From a virus: a DNA stretch of 64,000 bases. The notes beneath the pieces were generated by a model. It was not told the DNA's origin. It worked only from the letters and a program-made list of their open reading frames with translations, and did not search any database. Every line of letters starts with the position of its first letter. Within the stretch, counting starts at the first letter, position 1. The stretch covers positions 6,985 through 70,984 of the IMG/VR virus record IMGVR_UViG_3300032046_000018; one strand, given 5' to 3'. Of the stretch, positions 56,728 to 64,000 are shown one piece after another. The position numbers were made by a program, and so were the translations under genes.

Positions 56728-58644
56728 TCACTTTACCTCCCAGTCACCAGTTGCTTCATTAAATTCTCCACCTTTAGCCATCTTGTCGAAAACTGACTCG
56801 AATTCCTCTTCTTGCTTCTTGTCGGCCTCGTCAAGTATCGCTTCTGTTTTGTGGGTGATTTCCTTACCACCATGTATCACGTCGTTGATATATTTAATTA
56901 TTGTATCCTTTGCCATCTGCCTTACCTTTCCAAGTACCTTTTGGTGTGCCAGGAAGTTAAAATTCTTCAACACGTACCTGGCAACATCATACATCTGATC
57001 CCCGGTAACGGGGTGAATCATTTGGTTCGTTTTGAATATACCATATAAGACGGACCTTGTAGTGTACGACACCTCAGATGTTATTGAGTTCACGAGTGTC
57101 CCGGTCCATAGCAACGGGTGTGTAGGATCGGTGGTTATCTCTGCGACCTTTCCAGTAACCCCATGCACTGGTATCTTGCTCCCTTCCTTCCTTGATGGGA
57201 AATCATGGAACCACGTTTTCCCAGACTTGTGCATGGTACCATGCCTCAGCATTTTCTCCCTATACTTCACCCATTTACTCGATAACGTGAAACCGTACTC
57301 CCGGCCGATTATCGCCTCCTGAACGATGGTAACAGCATTCTCACCGATGTCTCTCAAGAGTGACCCGCCCATGTGTACCATTCCTTTAACCCCGCCAGCC
57401 TCACCCATCCACCCGGCCACTGCAGAGCTTCCTCGTCTCGGCGCATTCGGTGGCCTGTAATCAGGGTCGCCAATGGCCACGAGCATGTCAAGTACATCGG
57501 CTGCCTGTCCAACAGACATCTCACCCCCACTAATCCCCACGCCCTCCATCCAACTTCTCTTGGTCCATGACTCCTTTACCATGAAAGGTGCGAGCAATTC
57601 CTTCCAATCTCTACCACCGGGAGCGTATCCAGTGAGTTTCTCGTGTTTGACAGTCCCATCGGGGAACACGATCCTCACGGTCCCAATCTCGGTCCTGGTG
57701 CCGATAACATTTGCCCTGTGTGATTGTTTCGTGTCACGACTTGCCTGCATCAATATAGGGTACACCTTAGCACCCTTCTCGACGAGGTCCTTGTACACGT
57801 GTTGCACCATCTCGGTTGCGATCACGTGGCGCTCCTTCGTGAGCTTCTCCTTCCTTCCAGGTCTCTCATAGTGAGGACGCTCCTTATATCTCGTATGTCC
57901 AACGTCTTGCTCGATGGAGAGGCCCTTGATGTCCTTCGCCTCTTGTTTCGTTATCGGGGCTCGTTTCCACCATTCGTGGCGAAATTCAGCCTCTGCCCTC
58001 TTTAATCCGGTCGGGTCCTCAACCACTTTCCCACTGCTCTTTCGCACCTGCCACTCTCCATTCTTTCCTTTGAAAGACCACGACACGTGGCTCATTACCT
58101 TTTCAATGCTGAAACTCCTTCTAACTGATTCGGCCTCGATTCTCTGTAGTTTCACGGAAGTAGGCACGCCACCTCGCCCATAGCTCCCGAATCGCTTTAC
58201 ACCAAGCTTCGCTGCCTTTTGGTACGATTTCCTGCTCCTGTACTTGTAAGCCTTCGCATTGGCCTTCTCCACCGCTGCCTCTGCAGCCGCTACGACAGGT
58301 AGCGCCGCTGGATTTACCTTCGCCATCCTTGTCTTCTTTCCACTCGTCCCTATATGGGAAGCATTGCCCCTCGCAACGAGTTGCTCATCAGGTGTCATCC
58401 TCGCGTGCGTTATCTTCTTGTTAAACCAATCTACCGGGTTCTCATCACCCCATTTCGTCCTGGGATTGAACCTCTTCTTAAAAATATCTCCTGCCGCATT
58501 GGTTGTTAGCTTGTTGTCCCTGACCAGGTCCTTGAGTACCCGCAATGCCTCGACCTGCCACTCGACGTTCCGCCTCCGCTGGGAGACCCTCTCATGTCTC
58601 TCGCTATCACGCTGCGTCGGGTTTTCCGGGGAACGTCTAACCAA
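56728..58644 (-). CDS. Highly basic protein with C-terminal virion-morphogenesis (neck/tail completion) domain
   Basis: K/R-rich N-terminal ~300 aa; LRDIGE...LS.KW...R and PLLWTGTLVNSI motifs. Confidence 0.6.
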   Translation of the reverse strand: MVRRSPENPTQRDSERHERVSQRRRNVEWQVEALRVLKDLVRDNKLTTNAAGDIFKKRFNPRTKWGDENPVDWFNKKITHARMTPDEQLVARGNASHIGTSGKKTRMAKVNPAALPVVAAAEAAVEKANAKAYKYRSRKSYQKAAKLGVKRFGSYGRGGVPTSVKLQRIEAESVRRSFSIEKVMSHVSWSFKGKNGEWQVRKSSGKVVEDPTGLKRAEAEFRHEWWKRAPITKQEAKDIKGLSIEQDVGHTRYKERPHYERPGRKEKLTKERHVIATEMVQHVYKDLVEKGAKVYPILMQASRDTKQSHRANVIGTRTEIGTVRIVFPDGTVKHEKLTGYAPGGRDWKELLAPFMVKESWTKRSWMEGVGISGGEMSVGQAADVLDMLVAIGDPDYRPPNAPRRGSSAVAGWMGEAGGVKGMVHMGGSLLRDIGENAVTIVQEAIIGREYGFTLSSKWVKYREKMLRHGTMHKSGKTWFHDFPSRKEGSKIPVHGVTGKVAEITTDPTHPLLWTGTLVNSITSEVSYTTRSVLYGIFKTNQMIHPVTGDQMYDVARYVLKNFNFLAHQKVLGKVRQMAKDTIIKYINDVIHGGKEITHKTEAILDEADKKQEEEFESVFDKMAKGGEFNEATGDWEVK

Positions 58645-58939
58645 TTTTCTGCATCTCCCTCGCTATCACGCGCCACGTGTCCTTCTCGATCTTGCCAACC
58701 TCCTTGAAAATGGAGACGCTTATCAACGGTGCTGAAAATAAGCCGTTCGCCTTCTCATAAGCGCTCAAGAGCTCGCATTTCACTCGCATGGCAATCATTA
58801 CCGCCTCCATCTCGTTCTTGGCAGTCACCTTGCAGTTTTTCACGACATGCACGACAATTGATGGCACGATTGGTGGCTTCCCGATCATCGCACGCTCCAT
58901 GTTATCATGGAGCACGTGCCTTAGAGAGAGGTCACTCAT
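58637..58939 (-). CDS. Hypothetical protein
   Basis: Overlaps its neighbours in the operon. Confidence 0.55.
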   Translation of the reverse strand: MSDLSLRHVLHDNMERAMIGKPPIVPSIVVHVVKNCKVTAKNEMEAVMIAMRVKCELLSAYEKANGLFSAPLISVSIFKEVGKIEKDTWRVIAREMQKIG

Positions 58940-59253
58940 TTTAGTAAATCTTCCTCGTTTTTTGCTTTTGCTTTCAAATCTCTAATCATTTGATGTAATT
59001 CCTCTTGATATTTTCTCAGGGCTTCGATAGTTTCCTCGGACCGCTTCAGCTTGTTGAGTGTAGGTGTATCTTTGATGGGCTTCAAGTATTTCTTGGCCGG
59101 GACTTTTTGTACTGTTTCGACATGACCATGAATACTATAAACAACCAAGCCACAATCCATGCAGACAAGGTCGAGCGATTCTCCACTTTCAGCATTGAAT
59201 TTAATGGCGACGAGCTTGGCATTGCCACAGAGGTAACATTTCAAGTCCTTCAT
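58936..59253 (-). CDS. Zn-ribbon/coiled-coil protein
   Basis: CYLC...CMDC. Confidence 0.6.
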   Translation of the reverse strand: MKDLKCYLCGNAKLVAIKFNAESGESLDLVCMDCGLVVYSIHGHVETVQKVPAKKYLKPIKDTPTLNKLKRSEETIEALRKYQEELHQMIRDLKAKAKNEEDLLK

Positions 59254-60668
59254 TTCTTTCCACCGCTCGCTGGTTTCTTTCCCCCGCCAAATGCTGGCGC
59301 CGGTTCTGGCTTCTTGTTAAGTTCCATGAAGTCATCCTTGAGCTTCTTTGCCGTGGCTTCATCCACCGCTCCGATGTTGTCATAAATCTCTCGTACCCAT
59401 TCACGGGGCTCGTTCACGTCCTTGAAGATGCATTCCTGCTGCCCCTTCTCGATGGCGTTCATCAAATCGACGATGTTCACCTGGCTCATTGGCGAGAACG
59501 AGAAATGGAATTGCTGGTGGGTCAAGTGAATGCCATTCTCCGGGAATAGTTGATTCAAGAAGAAATTCGTCCATATGCGTTTGTGGCGAGTCCTCTTGCC
59601 ACTATTCACCCGCAGCCACGCATCCTCGATGGACCGAGACACGGCGAGCTCGTTACCACTAGCGTCCCGCTGACCCATGGAACCACCCAGCGCGTACATG
59701 GTTTGCTTGTCCAGGTGGTCAATGAATGCCGGGTATACCTCAGACGAGGCGGCGCTGTTCTTGCCATATTCCTCGATGCGGTTGTATCCAGCAGTTGCCA
59801 TGGCGCCGCTCGTCCGCATGTTAAGCATTGCATTGAGTAGGTCATTCTGCTGATTCGCCATTACATCTGGATCGTTTGGAAAGATGGTTTTTGGGTCGCC
59901 AACGTAGCCAACCTTGTACGGTGACCAGTAGCGGTCTGAATACATCTTCATGTACCAGAGAATCCACTGCTTGTACAGCAGGCCGTCTAGGATCGTCGAT
60001 ACAGGCGGGTGCTCGTAGAACTCGAACTCCACGACGTACTCTGGCTTGTTCGGGATGACGATGTTGCCATTCATGTTCAGGGGACCTGACGTGCCTAGCA
60101 AGCTGGACGAGTCCTTCATGGCGTTGTAAAAAGCGTTCTCCGACGCATACGTGCCATCAATCTTGAATGGCTTCTGCACGTAGCATTCCGTCCCCTTCTT
60201 ATCATCCGTGTGCTTCTCGAACGTGAGCGGGTCGAGCCGAGACAAGTCAATGCCAACCTGCGAATCACTCGTGTACAGGATGCGCCACACCGATGTCGCA
60301 TAGAGATTGTTGTCGATGGTTGACCTGGTAAACGCGTCATCTATCGTCTGGCGCCCGGCGTTCATCTCCGAGAAGAATGACTCGACGACCTCGAGTGCCT
60401 TCTTTCGCTGGGCGGTGTCATCGACGATGGGCTTCATGCCGTTTCCATGGATCGTGTACGCCTCGATGTTCGAGAACGAGAACGGGACCGGGTCGCGGTA
60501 GTAGAGCACCGTCCGGTTCTGCTTGGTATCTGGCACCGCCTGGCGAAGCACTTCCCATATCTGCTGGTTGTCTGAACCCGTCCTGAGTATCTGATTGAGT
60601 ATTTCTACCAACGCGGGCCCATTATACGTTGAATTATTGTTCCTATACACTCTATTTATTGAAAACAT
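59250..60668 (-). CDS. Portal protein
   Basis: 472 aa directly after terL; LSRLDP, RYWSP...G.VG, IDHLDKQTMYALG. Confidence 0.8.
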   Translation of the reverse strand: MFSINRVYRNNNSTYNGPALVEILNQILRTGSDNQQIWEVLRQAVPDTKQNRTVLYYRDPVPFSFSNIEAYTIHGNGMKPIVDDTAQRKKALEVVESFFSEMNAGRQTIDDAFTRSTIDNNLYATSVWRILYTSDSQVGIDLSRLDPLTFEKHTDDKKGTECYVQKPFKIDGTYASENAFYNAMKDSSSLLGTSGPLNMNGNIVIPNKPEYVVEFEFYEHPPVSTILDGLLYKQWILWYMKMYSDRYWSPYKVGYVGDPKTIFPNDPDVMANQQNDLLNAMLNMRTSGAMATAGYNRIEEYGKNSAASSEVYPAFIDHLDKQTMYALGGSMGQRDASGNELAVSRSIEDAWLRVNSGKRTRHKRIWTNFFLNQLFPENGIHLTHQQFHFSFSPMSQVNIVDLMNAIEKGQQECIFKDVNEPREWVREIYDNIGAVDEATAKKLKDDFMELNKKPEPAPAFGGGKKPASGGKK

Positions 60669-62455
60669 TATCTCGTCACCGTCCTTGATTCTATGAATGG
60701 TTGCTGGTGCGCTGCCAGGTACGCGAGCGCATGTGCTATTACCCGGTCATCGTGATAGTTCTGCGTTCCGAAGACAAGCCTGCGCACGGCCCCGTTCTCC
60801 GATACCTCGTAGCCGAAATTGAGCATCTCGTTCCAGAACTCTCCTATTTCAGGTATTGCTCTCGATGGAATGGCAATATCATGCCGCTTCGAGTATCCCT
60901 CAATGAGATAGTTGATGAGATCGACCTTGGAGCGCACGTCAAAGATAAATCCCTTCCTGGAGGCCACGAAATACGAGCTCGGCACGAACCCGCCGGAAAA
61001 CAACTGCTTTGCCCCCTTGTTGCTAAAAATACTTGCTCTGAGGCGCAGTGCCTTCAAATCCCTATATATCTCATCGACGATGGAGTCACCGATACCCGTG
61101 GCGTCAGGGTTTATCCAGATCGGATTGTAGAGCACGCAAAATTCGAGGAACGTCTTGCGGATGTCGTGATAGTCAATACCACCATATTGGCCATTAATGG
61201 CGAACATGTGGTCAAATACGACCTTCCCGGTCGTGTAATTCTTATGCATGACACATAAAACGGAGTTATCGTGAACCTTGCCGAAATCCATGCCAATAAC
61301 ATAGTTCTTGATGGACGGGTCAGGCCTTGGATTGTTCGTGAGCCCCAGGTCAATTGCAGCATTGAGCAGCGCCTCGCTGAAGACGTTGGCGCCCTCCATG
61401 ATGATCTCGCCCAGTATTTCCTGGCGTGCGAGAGGCGTGTTCCCCGCATCCTCGAGCTCCTGCTGTATTTCCTCGGGTGTTTTCCACGAGCAATGCCACG
61501 GGTCCACTGGAATTACCGCGTACCGTCCAATGCCATATACCCAAGATGAATTGCCACAAACAGGGCACACGGGTAATCCCGTTGGGACGTTGTAAGTAGT
61601 GAACTTGTGATACCATGGCTTAAGGGCTTCCGAGTCCTGGGCCATTGTGTGCTGGCAGTAGATTGGCTTGTTAAAGGCGTCTATGCCAGTGACTGCGCCA
61701 CACACGAGTGGCCTGGTCTGCATTGCCTTGAAGTAGTGGTCAGCGAGACCCCCTCTTGCACCAAATGGCGTCGAGAGGAGAATCCATCGCTCGCCCACGC
61801 GACGCATGCAGTAAAGTATGGCACCGTTTAGTATGGCGTCGCCAATTTGGGCTGCTTCGTCGACGAGCCCCAGGTTTACTGCCTCTCCACGGCAGGAGTC
61901 GTTTGCCGGGTAGGCTTTCAAGTGTACCTTGCCACCCTTCTTGTAAATCTCGAGCTTGTTCGAGTCCTCGATCATGTACTTGAACGGGGAATGGCTAATG
62001 AAAAGGTATATTTTATGGAGGAGAGATTTCGCACGATCCTCGTTTATAGACCAGGTGGCAATCTCGTATGGCCTATCCATGAAGATGAAAGCGGCAGCGG
62101 CTGCAGCAGCCACGGCGGTTGATTTGCCAAATTGCCTGGGCCACAGCATCACGATCTCCTTGGACCTCTCCTTCTCGGGCACGATCCAAGGATATGCAGA
62201 GATGTCGTAGCCGAATTGGATGGCGTTGATGGCCGAGCGCTGCGCTATTTCCAACTTTAGGGATTTGTCCCAATCCATCGGGTTGGGCATGTACATCTCG
62301 GCGAAGCGTGCCCAAGAGTAAGTTGCTAATTGGTAGTGGCGATACTTGTCGACCTCTGTTTTGGGGTCAATGCCGAGAGTTTCAAAGTACTCCTTGGCAA
62401 AAGAAGTGTCCACGGCTGCGGCGAGGCCTGCTCCCTTGAACGCGAGCTCGACCAT
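60668..62455 (-). CDS. terL: Terminase large subunit
   Basis: PRQFGKS, CRG, LVDEAA, LSTP, GMDFG, DATGIG, HDDRVIAHALA. Confidence 0.95.
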   Translation of the reverse strand: MVELAFKGAGLAAAVDTSFAKEYFETLGIDPKTEVDKYRHYQLATYSWARFAEMYMPNPMDWDKSLKLEIAQRSAINAIQFGYDISAYPWIVPEKERSKEIVMLWPRQFGKSTAVAAAAAAAFIFMDRPYEIATWSINEDRAKSLLHKIYLFISHSPFKYMIEDSNKLEIYKKGGKVHLKAYPANDSCRGEAVNLGLVDEAAQIGDAILNGAILYCMRRVGERWILLSTPFGARGGLADHYFKAMQTRPLVCGAVTGIDAFNKPIYCQHTMAQDSEALKPWYHKFTTYNVPTGLPVCPVCGNSSWVYGIGRYAVIPVDPWHCSWKTPEEIQQELEDAGNTPLARQEILGEIIMEGANVFSEALLNAAIDLGLTNNPRPDPSIKNYVIGMDFGKVHDNSVLCVMHKNYTTGKVVFDHMFAINGQYGGIDYHDIRKTFLEFCVLYNPIWINPDATGIGDSIVDEIYRDLKALRLRASIFSNKGAKQLFSGGFVPSSYFVASRKGFIFDVRSKVDLINYLIEGYSKRHDIAIPSRAIPEIGEFWNEMLNFGYEVSENGAVRRLVFGTQNYHDDRVIAHALAYLAAHQQPFIESRTVTR

Positions 62456-63018
62456 TATGTCTTGGCCTCCGTGGAAACGTTGGCGAGCATTTCTGCTTGC
62501 TCTAGCTCCTTGATCATGCGAATCTTGAAGTCATCACGCAGCTCGGTGTTGGAGGAAATCGTGGCGATTGCGAGGTCCATTTTCTTCAAGGCGACCTTAT
62601 CCTGGAAGCCGTCGGTCATTTTATGGACCTCCGCGAGCGTAGTTCGTGCTTCTTTCATCCACGTGGCGAGCTGGTGGGGTATCTTTCCTTTCTCGGCCCA
62701 CTCTCCGATGAGATTGGCAATCACGTTTTTCTCGATGTGGTAGAGCATTTGCATCTCGATGACAGTGTCGATTGGCGCCGACGAGACGATGTCTATCGAG
62801 ACCGGGTGAATTGCAATGCGATTAGTTTCGTCTGCGAGGTCCACGATTCTCTTTTTGGCGGAATTAATGGCTGCTGGCAAGCTTTCACTCTCGGGTTCGC
62901 TCACGACTTCCACGATCTTGGTAGGGGCATGCTTGTTCCCGGAGCGCCATTCGTCTGCCCAATCAGCAAATTCCTTCATTGCAACGTTTGGAAGGGCTGC
63001 GGGTTCTTCGTCTGCCAT
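62455..63018 (-). CDS. terS: Putative terminase small subunit
   Basis: Helical 187-aa protein directly upstream of terL; AGGTGG SD. Confidence 0.55.
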   Translation of the reverse strand: MADEEPAALPNVAMKEFADWADEWRSGNKHAPTKIVEVVSEPESESLPAAINSAKKRIVDLADETNRIAIHPVSIDIVSSAPIDTVIEMQMLYHIEKNVIANLIGEWAEKGKIPHQLATWMKEARTTLAEVHKMTDGFQDKVALKKMDLAIATISSNTELRDDFKIRMIKELEQAEMLANVSTEAKT

Positions 63019-63060
63019 GGCGAGCCACCTGGCTTCTTTACAAGGGCATTGGCGTCCCGT

Positions 63061-63084
63061 TCGTATTTAAATCTTGGCTGCAAG
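63061..63084 (-). promoter_or_regulatory. Putative late promoter, copy 2 (packaging operon)
   Basis: CTTGCAGCCAAGATTTAAATACGA on the - strand, 43 nt upstream of terS. Confidence 0.7.
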
Positions 63085-63106
63085 TTTTTTTGCAGCAATA
63101 AACGGG

Positions 63107-63247
63107 CGAGGTACGGCGCTGGATGGTACCTTAATTTTTCTGGAATGAAGAAATCTTTGCCGGGAAACAAGGAGAATTTATTCTGGAGAAGTGTGGAGTA
63201 ATGTACTTTTACTCCACGAGGTACGTCTACGAGATGGTACCTTAATT
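63107..63247. repeat. Bipartite direct repeat CGAGGTACG-N6/7-GATGGTACCTTAATT (2 copies) with a 9-bp inverted repeat between them
   Basis: Copies at 63107-63136 and 63217-63247; GTGGAGTAA/TTACTCCAC at 63193-63217. Confidence 0.8.
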
Positions 63248-63420
63248 GTTTTTTGTACTTGATGATTGAAATTGTATCCAGATGAGTCGAGACCGACCTA
63301 CCGGCCTAAAAGTCCAAGAATTACTTATCTTAAATTAAAGCCATCTTAGCCTTTTATCATTTTATTAATAGCATTTTATTGATTTATTATTAATCTTGTT
63401 GTATGCTTGAGACAAGTCTT

Positions 63421-63850
63421 ATCTCGTGAGCCATCTCATCGAAACTACTTGTATAGTCAACGACCAAGTAGTGTAGTATCAATTCGTGTACTAAACACAG
63501 CTTTAGGCTGTTGAGCGTGCACGCGTGATAAGCGATAAGCGATCAATACCCGGAATGCCTCGTGAAGGCTTATGGTCTGAAGGCGTGAAGGCGGCATAGA
63601 GTTAGCGAGAATAAGACGTGCCCTCCAACGAGGGCTAAGCGACCAGACAAGTCGGCGTGAATAATCCCGAATAGCTAACCCCGTACACGGGGATGCCAAG
63701 GTTCGACGACTACACGCCGGCGTGAAGTATCGAAGAGTTGAATGAGCCTACACCGATGGCTGATAGGAGTTCTGCTCGCATGGCAATGCACGAGAAAAAC
63801 TTTCCGCGTGAAAAACGACCCTATAGCAATAGGCAATACATGCATGCACG
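63421..63850 (+). ncRNA. Candidate structured non-coding RNA
   Basis: No credible ORF, many nested helices, 7 CGTGA motifs, preceded by an AT-rich promoter-like tract (about 63350-63395). Confidence 0.4.
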
Positions 63851-64000
63851 AGGGTACACGCATCTATAATGGGGCTTATTATAAACAAGCTGCCATCAAG
63901 CAAGAGGCCACGAAGAGGCATGCGGGAACGCGTTTTATTATAATGGTTTAGATGATAGCCTCCCAAAGCCAGTAATAACGGGGAGCGACTGAATCGGCCA

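Larger units (their letters stand above)
1..64000. mobile_element. Archaeal tailed virus (myovirus-like Caudoviricetes) genome segment
   Basis: Complete head/contractile-tail module on the - strand and archaeal-type replication genes on the + strand. No host housekeeping genes or integrase seen. Confidence 0.93.

Noticed and set aside
840-62743. Numerous long antisense ORFs in the track (e.g. 840..1844 -, 29169..30017 -, 34595..35557 +)
   Set aside because: They are shadows of real genes on the opposite strand, with no motifs or SD signals.
63107-63247. Mini-CRISPR array
   Set aside because: Only two imperfect repeats with an 80-bp gap and a variable centre.
63457-63600. IscB omega/HEARO RNA, RNase P RNA or group I intron identity for the structured region
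   Set aside because: Only a superficial GTCAAC start; no IscB/TnpB ORF in the window and no recognisable conserved cores.

Overview
The whole window reads as one archaeal tailed virus (Caudoviricetes, contractile tail), cut off at the left edge, with two convergent arms meeting near 32.43 kb. The + strand arm (<1-32435) carries replication, nucleotide and glycan genes. These include an SSB-like protein, a RecA/AAA-like ATPase, a PCNA clamp, family B DNA polymerase, a Dam-type methyltransferase, HNH, Cas4-like, ERCC4 and HARE-HTH nucleases, an AEP primase, an Fe-S SF2 helicase, RNase H, ThyX, class III RNR with its activase, a glycosyl-/methyl-/nucleotidyltransferase cluster and an intron-containing tRNA(CAT). 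The - strand arm (63018 to 32432) is the virion module, from terminase to tail spike and membrane proteins. An archaeal, probably anaerobic host is inferred from PCNA, AEP primase, a BHB-type tRNA intron, GGTGA Shine-Dalgarno motifs, TATA promoters and NrdD. The main finding is a shared C-terminal peptide, [TAP]-[AG]-[ND]-[TP]-x-[GK]-D-F-stop, on five unrelated proteins (PolB, the methyltransferase, two Zn-ribbon proteins, one unknown); it may be a private clamp-docking tag for the viral PCNA. Also notable are a UUU_CGG +1 frameshift site in the methyltransferase next to an HNH cassette with 25-bp direct repeats, an aberrant tRNA-like cloverleaf, a 24-bp putative late promoter in two copies, and a structured non-coding region upstream of terS. 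All calls come from motif reading by eye; no searches were run.
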